Origin: Mytilus californianus
Lineage: Eukaryota
Assembly: GCF_021869535.1 (NCBI RefSeq)
Contig: NW_026262581.1
Coordinates: 103,230,001 to 103,294,000 of the forward strand
Length of the DNA: 64,000 nucleotides
Direction: 5' to 3'
Shown: positions 12,401 to 47,749 of the stretch, piece after piece
Layout of the letters: every line of letters starts with the position of its first letter
Numbering within the stretch: position 1 is the first letter of the stretch
The notes under the pieces: model-generated
Databases searched by the model: none
What the model saw: only the letters and a program-made list of their open reading frames with translations
Told to the model about the DNA's origin: nothing
Position numbers and translations under genes: made by a program

Positions 12401-14869
12401 ATATATTCAAAGTCAATAAACCATGACTGAAGGTAAATGGCTAAACAATCTCCTTGGAAATGAGATATGCCAATGCTTATACAACTGCATACCAATTATC
12501 ATTAACTTACCACTAGTGGTTCCCCATAAACTCACCTAATCACAATCTAATACATGAAAAATAAGCATAAATTTCAAAGTCAATAGACCATAACTGAGGG
12601 GGCAGGGCCAAATAATCTCCATGGTAATGAGATGTACCAATACTAATACAACTGCGTACCAAATATCTTTGACTTACCACTAGTGGTTCACCATAAACTA
12701 GACCTAATCACAAACTAATACATTGTTGACGCTGCCACCTTCGCTGCCGCCGACGCCGGAAACAGCATACCTATGTCTCACCTTTTTACTCCGTCAAGCG
12801 AGACAAAAATCAATTTACTAATGAACTCAAAATCACCAACTTTTTTTTCTAACTTTTTTAACCAGTTGAGCTTGCGCATTACACTGTTCCTGTTCTGTTG
12901 ACAGATGCTGTCATGTTGTAAGTTAGAGGATTTCCCAAAATTTGTATAAATGATTATCAAAAAGAATAATGAGGGTAATTATTTTGAATATTTCAGTTTG
13001 TATACATAATGAAATGAGTCATGAGTCTAAGCTCTTATTCAACATACTATTTTATAGCAAACAAAATGAGTTCTCAGGGGAAACTCACCTCAGATCAATC
13101 AGGCAGAATTTTGTATCTGTACAAAGTTCAGTAATAAGCCGACTTTGTATATTCGTTAATTTTAGGTATAAATTATCATGTTTTTAATAAAACTATACCT
13201 TAAAACCAGAATAAAATGCTACCTGATAATAATGTTTCTTTGTTTACATTGAAAATGACGTCATATACAGGGCCTAATCTAGGATTTTGGAGAGGGAGTA
13301 GTGACTTCTCCTTCCATGAGAGAGAACGGAGGTCAGAAGTGGTTAACTTCTTCTAGAAGTGAAATTCCATTACTGTTTTGGTTGCGTACTGTTTTCATGC
13401 TATCATTAAGGAAATTGTTTTAATTATATATGCATTAAAAATATACTTGCAGTGTTTTTAAATGATATTGTATATATTGAAAATTCTGAATAAAAAAGAT
13501 AAGAAATAAAGTTGTTATTTATTTTAAAGTCATATCATTTGTAATGTCAACTTGAATTTAATTTCAATTAAATGTGTTGCTAGTACATGTATATCATGCA
13601 TTAATTCCATGTGCATCTGCCTAAATCTATTTTTAAAAATTTAGAAAATATGACTCCCAGTCTATCTGATGACTTGGCAATTTGATTTATATCACCACTT
13701 CTTGTCATAATTTCATTAAAACTTTATTTAATGTCCAGAACATCATGTCAGTTGTAATTTGAGATTCCTGTGAATGGTTTTAGACCTTTCAATGAAGATA
13801 TCTGTCAATCACATATAAATTAACCGATCAAGGGCCAATTTTTATTCTGCTGTTACAAAAGATATCTATCTTATTGTTGAGTTGGTCGTGAAAAAAACAC
13901 ATTGCTGATTACAAGCTGACCACACATCCTATGTTTGCAATCAAATTATCCATCAGCTGTTTTTTTTTTTCTTACACATTTCAATTCTTATCAATGAATA
14001 GCAACACATCAACCGTTAATTCCCATCCCTTAACCTACCGAATAGTACAACTGGTCGACTCCTATTATATAAAAATACTGAAAACAAATCAGCTGAATGA
14101 TTACGCAACATCCTCATGACGAAAATCATAGTAAATGACAACTCAAACAGTCACCCGGTTTCCCATTATGATAGTTTTGAATGTTAAATCTGAGGTTGTT
14201 CAAAGTCGCCATTGTTAAAAATTTATTTAATCATCGACAGTATTAGTCTTTGGTCCTTTCGAAAATCTCGATTTTCCTTGTCAGTTGCCATTTTTGTTTA
14301 CCTGTGTGACTTATAAATCACAAGATCGCTAAGAAGTCAGTCAGCTGGAAAGTTTAAGCGATTTTCAAATTTCTTTGTCGACTTAAATCGTGATTTTGCA
14401 GGCAAGATTATGGCCTGCATATATAAAATTCCTACATATAGGACCAACATCTGATACGTTGCGTAATTCAATTACTTTTTCACAAGAAATTATGCTGGGA
14501 ATTTTACAATGTTTACGTATTTGTACCTATAAAAATCTGCTGTTAACGGTATATGGCCTTCTTTTACTTTAGGGGTCCCAACCCATATAGAGCTATACTA
14601 AACTATCCATAATCCTAAACCTTACCCCAAACCTTACCCTAACCCATACATAAACCTTACACTACCTCTAACCCTAATCTAGAACTTCCCCTAACCTAAC
14701 CTAACCATGAATGAACCCTAACTCTTAAGTATAGGGACCCTAAAGTAAAAGAAGGTAGAATATTCTAAAGGTTTGCTGACTTCGTCCCCTTTCACAGGTA
14801 ACACCTGTCTCATAGTATTTACCCGTAAGCACCTCGACCAACAACTCTCATCTTCTCGTAGTTTTCCAT
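472..14869 (-). CDS. NEK8: NIMA-related kinase 8 (kinase plus RCC1 repeats), spliced, 3' end incomplete. Exons 5'->3': 14869-14823, 10601-10396, 10000-9945, 7841-7665, 6716-6667, 5896-5815, 5536-5328, 5081-5011, 4352-4180, 3923-3776, 3082-3006, 1980-1712, 1022-865, 630-472
   Basis: Translation [23 protein letters not shown]...HPNII...[11 protein letters not shown]...[11 protein letters not shown]...[29 protein letters not shown], followed by RCC1 repeats ([51 protein letters not shown]). All introns are GT-AG with matching phases. Confidence 0.96.
2317..3062 (-). repeat. 62-bp minisatellite, 12 copies, made of the last 57 nt of a NEK8 exon plus the first 5 nt (GTTAG) of the intron
   Basis: Unit CTAACCTGAGCTACATCATTATGATTACCATGACCCAGACATCCATTAGCACCACTACCAAA recurs every 62 nt from 2319 to 3001. 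The reverse complement encodes [19 protein letters not shown] followed by gttag. Confidence 0.97.
5897..6666 (-). other. U12-type (minor spliceosome) GT-AG intron in NEK8
   Basis: 5' end GTATCCTTTT; branch point CCTTAAC at 5915-5909, about 13 nt from the 3' AG; no polypyrimidine tract. Confidence 0.88.
7931..9668. mobile_element. Non-autonomous TIR DNA transposon (TGT...ACA termini, 4-bp TSD; Ginger-like), in a NEK8 intron
   Basis: Left end TGTAAGCCTCAGATCTGTGT and right end ACATAGATTTGAGGCTTACA are inverted. TSD AATA at 7927-7930 and 9669-9672. About 6 left and 7 right subterminal copies of CTCAAATCTRTGTCC in inverted orientation. Confidence 0.85.
8907..9393 (-). CDS. Transposon-borne small protein: HTH-like segment plus Tudor/SH3-like segment, joined by a +1 frameshift or a 37-nt GT-AG intron (9186-9150)
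   Basis: ORFs 9133-9393 ([16 protein letters not shown]) and 8907-9158 (GEYLQF...FWREGIC...IFFIKD...ELNRYQLRP) overlap in different frames. Removing 9150-9186 gives a 149-aa ORF. Confidence 0.45.
11457..11744. mobile_element. Helentron/HINE-like (pearl-type) non-autonomous element; partial second copy near 56200-56260
   Basis: AAACAAGAATGTGTCC start and GACAGACGGACGAACG microsatellite block. The internal segment GATGCCCCACTCGCACTATCATTTTCTATG is repeated near 56210. Confidence 0.55.
12306..12809. mobile_element. Helentron/HINE-like element with internal tandem repeats
   Basis: Subterminal inverted repeat TGTCTCGC / GCGAGACA, two ~160-bp internal units (CAAAGTCAATA..CCACTAGTGGTT), a GCC-rich microsatellite and a 3' palindrome. 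Confidence 0.6.
14557..14755. mobile_element. ~200-bp MITE with a telomere-like (CCCTAA/CCTAA) interior, about 70 bp inside NEK8 intron 1
   Basis: TIR CCTTCTTTTACTTTAGGGGTCCC / GGGACCCTAAAGTAAAAGAAGG. The interior is rich in AACCCTAA, AACCTAA and AACCTTA. Confidence 0.75.
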
Positions 14870-15886
14870 GGTTTTCGAGCTTTTCTGCACCTTGTCAGAT
14901 TTCCGAAAAATAAATTCTTCAATGTCAAAATACAACTTACATTGAGGTGATCAACGCCTCAAAGATTTCTATATCTTAAACATCTCGCTAACCAAGGAAA
15001 AAATATCAATATTAAAATCAGTACCGGAATGTATTTCCGGATATGGAATAATGAATTTCACATTTTTAAATTGAAATCCGCTTGTACATGTTGTATTACG
15101 CTACAATCAAACAAAGTGTAGTAGTCAGCCGAGAACCAGCTTATCACATTTTGAGATTTTTATTTCAATTTCAAACTGTCTTAAATTTGTGTTTGTTAAT
15201 TTCTTTCTTTTTTTTTTTTAATTCCAGCACTATTTCCTTACTCCTATCACAGATATATCATAGCCCTTTGGGTTTGGAGTGAATATCGTGCCAGTGGCTA
15301 TATTGCATGGACACTATGAAATATCCCCTGCATATCTGAATCGGAATATTTTTTAAATCTTTCAGAATTTCAGAGTTTATTGAAAACTCGTTAGTTTGGC
15401 CAGAGACATATAATATATATTATATGTCTCTGGTTTGGCCAAGGATTTGTATTTCTATACAAATCCTTGGTTTGGCATATTTCTATTATTAGTATTTTGA
15501 TTAAAAGTCTCACGGTGGTCCACATCAGTAGAAATTTAAGTTATTGTAGGACTAATACAATGTATTTTAATATTAGTTAGTGCAATAGTCTCAGAGTTAT
15601 TGTAACGTTACTTTTTGAAAAGTATACGTTTTGATTTTTTTTTTGTTTGTTTTGTTTGTTATGGTTTCATATTAATTTCTTGGAATTTTTTTTTTCTTTT
15701 TGATTGTACGCCACAGGCGTTGGAGTATGGACCTTTTTTTATTACTTTTATTTTTTGGTGTTTAATCTTTTTTAGTAAATATTCTTTATTTTAACTTATT
15801 TTAACTTATTTTCACTTATCTATTGTATTATTGCTCTTAACCATACGGTATCACAATGACGGTAGTTTATATATGCTGCCCCTCTA

Positions 15887-16058
15887 CAGGAACAGATTCA
15901 GGCGGGGGCGTGGCAGACGTGCGCCCCCTAAAATTTGCAAAGCAATGGTTGTCCTCAGCTTAAAGAATATTTCGACAATTTTACCTAAAAAAATACTCGC
16001 TCCGCTAGGCGAAAATTTAAGTTTGCGCCCCTAACCTAAAATCCTGGATCCGCCCCTG
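15887..16058. mobile_element. Short GC-rich MITE of the CAG..GGCGGATCCAG type; related copy at 55607-55762
   Basis: Right end CCTGGATCCGCCCCTG with a degenerate left end. The copy at 55607 has CAGTGGCGGATCCAG / CTGGATCCGCCTCTG. Confidence 0.6.
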
Positions 16059-17824
16059 CTCTATTCACTTATTTTCCCGAATATCAAAATAAGAATAGAG
16101 GGACAACATACATAAAGTACTGTTATTGTAATATCGTATGGATATAGCTAGAACATATTTTAAAAATAAGTAAAAAAAAAAGCTAAAGTATTTTACTATC
16201 TGGGACATACTATAATGACGTTAGTATAATCGTCCCCGATACTATTGACTAAAAAAAGATTCAACATAAAAAAAGTAAAAGTAAAAAAGGGGGTCATGAT
16301 CATGCCACCAAACACCTTTGATTTACTTCTATAAAAAGAACATTAGTGTTCCCGCTATTCACTCTCGTGATTCTTTTAAGACTATTGCAAAGGGTGCTTG
16401 GAATTTTGAAAATTCTTCTCTTCACAACTGGAAATTGATATTTCAGAACCGGATCGTTTTAATTCTTAACCATGTATTTAACCTTTCCTGTCTTTGTTTT
16501 GATTTGACTGGCCAACCTGATACAGAATATAGTTACCGTGATTTCAAAAGGTCAAAGGTTTTGATTAGTTTTATTCCTTTTTAAACAGACCAAGTGGTAT
16601 TAAACGGATCTTAACCATCACCAGTGAAAATGCATATTGCGATCTTATTTGCGGATTATTTTTTTTTTTATTTTGCATTGAAATTAAAAAAGGAAATATT
16701 GAATGACAAGGATTTACACAATGCAAAGTTTTATCTGTAAATAAAATTGCAATAGTGAGTTGACAATATGGTGTTTTGAAAACATGTCATATAATATGTG
16801 GTTCAGTGAAAAATATTACAATGTTGCAGATACTTTGTGTTTGTTTTTGTGTGCTTTTTTTTACCATTATTATTTAAGAGTATGTTCAACCTTGTTTCTC
16901 TACAACTTTTAAGCAATGAAACGAGAAATTACAATTATACGTGATATGTGTCACTGTATTGTTTAAAGCGGCTAATATCTAGTCAAATTCAAACAGATTG
17001 CGGTCAGGTTTTTAAATTATAACACATTCATGTTAATGAAATTACAAATGTTCAGTCGGGCAAATTATTTAAATTCTCGGATTTCAACAAGTATTTGACT
17101 CTTTTGTCTTAGAACTTTAATATATGAATATGAATAATACCTCGTCATTTATTTGACTGTACCAACAAAACGAGCAGAATGAGGTAAGAAAGAAATAGAA
17201 AATTGTTAAAAGAAAACACCACACCTTCATTTTCTCACAGAATTGTTCGACAGATACCCCCTTTTTAATTCATATTACTCGATTTACTGCTTAAAACTGA
17301 TTTTACATAACATGCTATGCATACTTGAAATATTCAGAAATTATTCTTTTTATTTTAATACTCTATTCACATATTCATTTATTTGTCATTGTTCTTTTTA
17401 CTAAACGCTAACTATGAAATTGTTACTGATTTAATGAACGACAGCCATGATTTAAACAGGTGACGGTGACACATTCCATATATACTTACCATTGGCTCAA
17501 ACAAAGCATTGACTTTATACAAAATAATAATAATAACAATTATTCATCACAAAAAAGAACGAGGATGTAAACAACTTCACATCACCACACGGCCTTCAAC
17601 AATGAGCAAAACTCATACTTTATAGAAAGCAATCGAAGACCACGGATATATAAGTATGGAACAATTCAAAAGAGAAAAAAAACGGCTTCATTCATACTAA
17701 CAATTATGACAGACAATAACTGGAATACAGGCTCATGGCTTGGGACAGACAAATAAAGACTGTGCCGGTAAAATCTTCCCCGAACCTGATAATTCAGTGG
17801 TTTAACGTCACACATCTGACAGAA

Positions 17825-20015
17825 ATGTCCAGCAAGATTAGGTTTGGGTTTAGTCCGTACATGACGACTTTATCGTGCTTCATCATACATTTTTTTCTTT
17901 AATTTTTCTTTTCAGTCGCATTTCAGAACCAAAGTTTCAAAAAGCAGCGTCAGCCCAGTCCACAAATGTTGGAAAAAGGGTCCTTAAAAGTCAAAAGACA
18001 AAAGGCAAAAGAGCACCAAGATATAGTTCTAATATTTTTGCAATGTTTGAAGAATCACAGATTCAAGAATTCAAAGAGGCTTTCAATATGATAGACCAAA
18101 ACAGAGACGGGGTGATAGATAAGGAAGATCTTACTGACATGCTTGCATCCCTGGGTAAGAAATGGGAAAATTCATAATTTATTTTATCCCATAGTCTCTT
18201 TCCGATTAAAAGTTTTAGAATTATATGCTAAAAAGCCTGAAATACCGACTACCATCATTCTGTTAACGAATGTAACTGTTACTTACCATGAGCAACATGA
18301 CGGGTGTCACTAGTGGAGTTTGATCTGCTAACACGTCCGGAGCACATTAGATCACACCCAGTGTTGGTGGGGTTCGTGTTGCTCAGTCTTTATTTTGTAT
18401 GTATTGTTTTGTAGACTTGTCTTTTAGTCGTCTCTCGTTTTTTTCGCCATGGCGATGTCAGTTTCCCTTCGACCAATGAATTTCGAATGTCCCCTTGGTA
18501 TCTTCCGCCTATTATTATATCGTTAGTATATACTAGAGCGTATATCAAAATATAAAATGACAAAATATGCTTCAGGCAAAAATCCAACAGATAATTATTT
18601 GGACGAGATGATGAATTGTGCTCCAGGACCAATTAATTTCACCATGTTCCTTACCATGTTTGGTCAGAAACTCCAAGGAACCGACCCTGAAGATGTAATC
18701 AAGAATGCATTTGCATGTTTTGATGAGGGAGGCAAAGGTAACTAGAGTCAGTTTATAGTATTGAATTTTATATTGAATGTGAAAAGTAAATGCTGAATTA
18801 TGTTTAAAAGTTAACCTTTCCACATGCCAAGCACCGACTTCAAAATTATAAAGTTGTTGTATAAACCTTTATTATATAATTAGATGATCATTATGTAGTT
18901 ACTTTAAATGTCCGGAAAAATACAGGAAAGCAATATGAAAAAAATCTGCACGAATACCCATGAAGACAATATCAAAATATCAAATATGTAGCCGCATTCA
19001 GTTAGTGATGCTGTTTTCCCTGCATCATCAATTTCAAATACAGGAAAAGATATTTTTACATCAAATGAACTCTATTGTAACCTCGGAAAATAAGTTTTAG
19101 CATCGAAAGATTTGAAACCCCAAGGGTTGACTGGAGTATAGAAACATGGTTAAAGTGGGGCGGCCATTTGACTGTGCGAAAAAAAGTAGAATCATTCTTT
19201 GTAATCCTGGATTCAGTTAGATAAGATGTAATCAATTCTTTTCGATTCTTTATTGCAAAACAAACAAAAAACAATTTTGGTCATAGCAATACAGACACAA
19301 AACAAATCTTCACACCTAAGCTATAGGCTGATATCAGCCTGAAAAAATGCGTCTGCAACATTCTGTGAAACTTACTTTCAACATGCCAACACTATTTTGT
19401 TTTCAAATTGACCCCTTTTTCAGGATACATTCAAGAACAGCGTCTCAGAGAATTACTCACAACAATGGGTGAACGTTTGACGCTAGACGAGGTAAAATAT
19501 AAATATTATCAATTATATTACAAAGTGTTTTACCCTTTGTAATACAAAAGAGAAGACAAAGAGAAAACTTGTAATGTAGTTCTTTAATAGGGTGCAATGA
19601 ACTCGATTGTAATCGATATAAGGTGATCTAATCCATTGTTGCACCTTGAACAGCCCACCTGCCAAGAAAGCCAACATTTTATACATATATAATCTTATTC
19701 ATCTGATATATATCTTTTAGTACTGCTATAATAAGTGAAATTTTCAAGTTCATCAACACTGGTTTTATCTCGAAAATTATTTTACAAATGTTTGATGATC
19801 ATTGATACAAAAAACCGATTGAATAACAAACACCATGCGAGGAGGCATTATTGTTTTTACTAAAAATATGCAGGCCACATAATTATATGGTATTCTTGTT
19901 TTAAATTCAGGTTGATGAAATATTAAAAGAGGGACCATGTTCAAGAGGACAATTTGATTATATAGCATTCTCAAGAATACTCAAACATGGGAAGCCTAGC
20001 AAAAGTACACAATAA
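17825..20015 (+). CDS. Myosin regulatory light chain, non-muscle/smooth (MYL9/MYL12/sqh-like) divergent paralog, 196 aa. Exons 17825-17841, 17916-18154, 18576-18737, 19424-19491, 19911-20015
   Basis: MSSK...[84 protein letters not shown]...[11 protein letters not shown]...RILKHG. GT-AG introns in phase; 591 nt total. Confidence 0.93.
18288..18510 (+). mobile_element. 3' UTR fragment of the Penelope-like family seen at 38875-40045
   Basis: CATGAGCAACATGACGGGTG...GGAGCAC...GGTGGGGTTCGTGTTGCTCAGTCTTT matches 39828-40040. Confidence 0.7.
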
Positions 20016-20889
20016 ACCGAAAGCAATGAAGTACCACACTAAGCTATTAGTTATCCAGGAAAAAACCGCAATATAATCAGTGAGACAGTTGACGAAAATG
20101 TATGATACCATGATTACATACATTGGATTTTGACATTTATTCAGTTTATCATTAAAATTCAGTGAAGATTCTGTTTTTGCTTACTTTAATCTTACACTAC
20201 CTATTGCTAGTTTTCTAAAACCAAAACCAAATATTGATATGTCATACCTGTTAAGACATAGACAAAAATGTTTTTTTCCTTGTTAAACAGTTGTAGTTTT
20301 TCATGAATTGTCCATCCAATGAGTCTTTTTATTTAATAATCAAATACTCTTATTTAACATCTGTTTGCGGAATGAATACCATGATTTATTATTTAAACAA
20401 CATGACTAGGCTGGTGCGGTTTCAATTTCGTCCTCGCTGCATCTTTGTTAGCATTGAGAAGTTTTGCTATTCTCTTCGCTGCAATTACTGAATATGCTGC
20501 AATGCAAAGATAAAAAAATGAATACGAGGACCATCTTTTTCTTTTTGTTCGTTTTCTGTTTGTTTGTTTGATTTTTTGTTATACTACATTACATTTTTTT
20601 AACGAATATTCATATTGAATGTCGAATTCTAATTTCATATTTATTTGATGATTTGGTGAAATTACATAGTTGTAACAGGAACCAACATTCTTTTCCAAGT
20701 TTGGCAGAGCCACAGATTGGAAATATGTTCTTGCACATTAAAAAAAGTCTTACAAATTGTTGCATATATTCAATTCAATTTTAAGTGGGTACGTAACGTT
20801 TCAATTTTTTAGTCAACATAAATATGAAAAAAAAATACGGAAATACAAAATTTGCAAAAATAAAGTATTTGCCGTTACTATGGAGGAAT

Positions 20890-21215
20890 ATGGATGGATG
20901 GATTGGTGTTAACAGCGTCAATTATTCCATGTATATCAGGTTGAGAACATGTTAATGTGATATGAATATAAACCATGCTTTGTAGTAGACCGACGCGCTA
21001 ATCAGGAATTTTAACGTGCTAGTTCTCAAGGTAGCTTTCACAGGAAGACACGTCACCCTACCTGGACACATTGTTATTTAATCATTTTTTTTCTCTTAAT
21101 CCTTGGGACTGTGTGATTAGCCAGCAGCAAAAAAAAAAAAAAAAACAACAAATTTTCAAGTCTTTGCTTGACCCGGCCGAGGGTCGAACTTACGAACCAC
21201 GATACTACGAGGCGG
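20890..21215 (-). mobile_element. Degenerate tRNA-derived SINE, same family as 52959-53870
   Basis: Reverse complement gives CCGCCTCG...GTTCGACCCTCGGCCGGGTCAAGCAAAGACTTGAAAATT...TGTGTCCAGGTAGGG...ATTAACATGTTCTC and a TCCA-repeat tail. Confidence 0.7.
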
Positions 21216-22143
21216 TGTATGTAGGAAGAAACTATGCAGAATTGAAATATCTCCTGAAAATTTAAGGTATCAAATTTTTGTTTGAATTAATAGAAGTTGT
21301 AAATTACAGACTTCATAGTAACTTTACAAGCTTTATATAATAAGGCATACCTGTACTAGGCATCTTCGTATCTTTCTTTTCTCGATTTTCACACCCTTTA
21401 AGTTGTCCAGATTCTAAGTCTCTTTTCACTAAACGTAAAAGAAAAATTAACCTCTACTGAATCATAAGCTGTTAAACGAGAATTCACATCACATCTAACA
21501 GATTGAGAGGATTTTTTAAAAATTTGTTTGCACTTTATTCATTTACTTCAAATTCCATTCAGGAGTATTGAAATTAATTTTTTTTTCAAAGAAATATCAT
21601 AAAGACGCTTTCGGGCAACAAATCTGATGAGGTAAAATTGGTGAAAAAGTAAAATAAAGAACAAAAATAATGACACTTCCAAAACAAAAAGCATTGTCAC
21701 AGCAAACAAAATAGTTGGTACTTGCTGCAAAATAGACGATTATTTGATAAAAACATATCAATTCATAAGGAAATCCAGATTTGAATGCGTAAACAAACCA
21801 ATGAACGGGCAACTCACACTACCCGTCAATGAAGACGTCGGTTACGAGTTCGTAGTTTGCCGAGGACAATGTTTGTATATGGCATGTCTTACTTCTTATA
21901 GCCAGTCGTTGTTCATTCCTCATGTGATCTGGAATTTTTCGTCGTCTTTTCTTTTCTCTCCAAAACCCTGGACAAGACTTTTTTATCGGAGAGAAAATAT
22001 ATTGGACCGCAATTTTTTTACATTAGGGTTTTAGTGGCTGTACTTATGACAACATTTACAAATGTGTTTTCCTGTATACCACACGACGCAATACAATTCC
22101 GCTAAGTTACAGTCAATATATTAAAATGTATCAATAATCATAC

Positions 22144-45383
<23,240 letters not shown>

Positions 45384-46695
45384 ATAGTTATTATAGGATA
45401 TTTGAGATTTATTAATTACAGTTCGATCTAAAGTATTTGAACATCATTGCAATGTACAGTGCTGCAGACTTTGCTTTGTATATATTTATTGATGCAATAA
45501 ATAAACCTGTTAATCAAAAGGTTTACCGTGTTTCTGTTTAACTAATATTGTGTAATTTCATTAAAATCAAACATTGCCATTTCTTGTCATAAAGCTGTTT
45601 TCTCTTTTCACTAAACCAAGTGAAGCATAAATGCAATCTTTTGAATACTAGTAGTTAATGCATGTTTATTCAACACATTTGAACAGGAAATTGTTATTTT
45701 CATCAATAAAACTGCATTTTCAGACAACTTTGTTGTTATAACATCTCCAAGTGTATGTAAATTCATAGGATTACTTTTTCTGCACGGTTACTAAATATAA
45801 TGTAAATACATGAGTGTTGTTATTTCATGGCAAGATGTATTGATAACTTCGGTATATTTCTTTCTAGTAAGGAAAATCACATGTCCCGTAATATTGTTCA
45901 TTTCATTTTAATTTGGTCTTTGATGGATATTTGCATTATAGGCAATCATACCAAGTCTCCTTGTTTTTGTATTGATTAAATGAAAAGTAACTATTAGTAT
46001 TATCTATATTACATATGCCTATAAAGAAAACAACACAAACGCAAATATCAATTTGCCGACAGCCCGCCGTATTTGACGGACGCCGGATGTAATTTTATAA
46101 TAACAAATACAATATTGTTTCTATTAAACAACAAATAACAAACATGTTGTAATTCAATGCTTCTATACATTATAAATGAACATTCTCTCTTAAATCTTTC
46201 CAAAATATTTCCCTCACGGATAGTCGAGGCCGTCCAGGAAAAACCATATTTTGTTAAGTGGAAACCTGTATCCAACGACAATGCACAAGCCTATCTCAGG
46301 AAAAAAGGTAGTCGGACCTCACCTTCTATAACGAGAGAGATGACAAAAAACAAAAATTCTTGAAATGAATACATATATACATATATATATATATGACTTA
46401 AGTTTAAGTCATGCACGTACGAACGGCGGCTAGAAAGTGACAAACAAATCAAACATACCTACATACCCGGATCTAAATCAACCCCTCTGATTGGACCATA
46501 CGCATATTACCCATAACGTCAATACAATATTTTCCCGCTTTACTTCGAACCGCGAGAAAATATTAGTATATCTATACTACATATGCCTATAAAGAAAACA
46601 ACACAAACGCAAATATCAATTTGCCGACAGCCCGCCGTATTTGATAGAAATTACACAAAGAACAGGGGCCAGAATAAATAAGAGCTAAACAAATA

Positions 46696-47708
46696 TCATA
46701 AACCCAATTCCTTCGAGACCTGTAAACGTTTCTCTGTGGAGTCAACAATGTAACGATCTTTGCTAGAGTCTGACTTCCACCGGCCGTGTTTTTTCAAACA
46801 CCGCTCGTTTACGTTTGCATTTGCAGCAGCCGTTGCACCACCGGCTCTGAAAGAATGTAGGCCTATATTACAATTTGGTGAAACTAACCTAACTCTACCT
46901 AATAAAGCCTCCCTAGCCGCCGTATAGCTTAGCTTTTAATCTTTATCTATAAGTTTACAATTTTTGCCCGATCTGCAAATCTGTCTAAATAAATATTAAT
47001 TGGAGTCAAAATCGAAATTGGCCAGTTCTAAATATCTTATGAACATAACGTATGGACAAGCTATGGATAAACCTTTCGAAATGAGAATTTCGTTTCCTTG
47101 ACGATACTGATCGGTTTTACTTTTGTTAATATACAAAATCAAATAATTGTCATGTATAACAACATCTTTAAATCTTAACGAACTAATTTCATCATATCTC
47201 AGAAAACCAGAAAAACTTAGTAATATCATTGTCAAATCTCTAATAATGAGTAAATCATCTGAATCTTTAAAGTGCGTACATAGTTCAATTAATATCTCTG
47301 CTGAAACCGGATCTTTTTTGTTGGAGGTTTTAGTTGTGGTTCGTTTGGAAGCTTCAACTATGGAAGTAACGAAAGAGTTTATAGTAGGATCTGGTAACCC
47401 ACTCACTTCATGGGCCCATTTTATACCGTATACAGCATTGGAAACGGGATGACTAGTAGATCCATTGTTCAATAAATTTGTCAAATATAAAGCAACGTGT
47501 ACCGGTTGTGCAGGTAAAGCATCTTGTCCATGTTCTGTAATGAATTTTTCCCACCTTCTAAAAGCGTAGAAATACGACTTGACTGTATTATCACTTTTAC
47601 TGTTCAATAATAACTCACACATCTTCGGATATAGACTATACAAATGGCTTCCTGTTTCTACTCCACTGTCCTCTATTGCGACTTTTACATGACGATCTAA
47701 ACTGATGC
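46696..47708 (-). pseudogene. Tyrosine recombinase of the PAT/DIRS element, with two in-frame TAA stops
   Basis: GFLRYDEI, SKTDQYRQG, GLHSFRAGGATAAANA, HGRWKSDSSKDRY. Stops at 46996-46998 and 46936-46938; natural stop at 46696. Strong splice acceptor TTTTCATTTTCTTAACAG at 47709. Confidence 0.9.
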
Positions 47709-47749
47709 CTGTTAAGAAAATGAAAATTATAAATATCTATGTTTTTCAT

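Noticed and set aside
14100-14350. CpG-richer segment with short minus-strand ORFs ([12 protein letters not shown]..., [10 protein letters not shown]...) as an alternative first exon or nested gene
   Set aside because: The ORFs are short, the donor is weak, there is no recognisable homology, and no in-phase chain to NEK8 exon 2 was established.
21830-22075. TMC terminal exon
   Set aside because: Several possible phase-1 acceptors give different short C-termini, and I cannot choose between them without transcripts.
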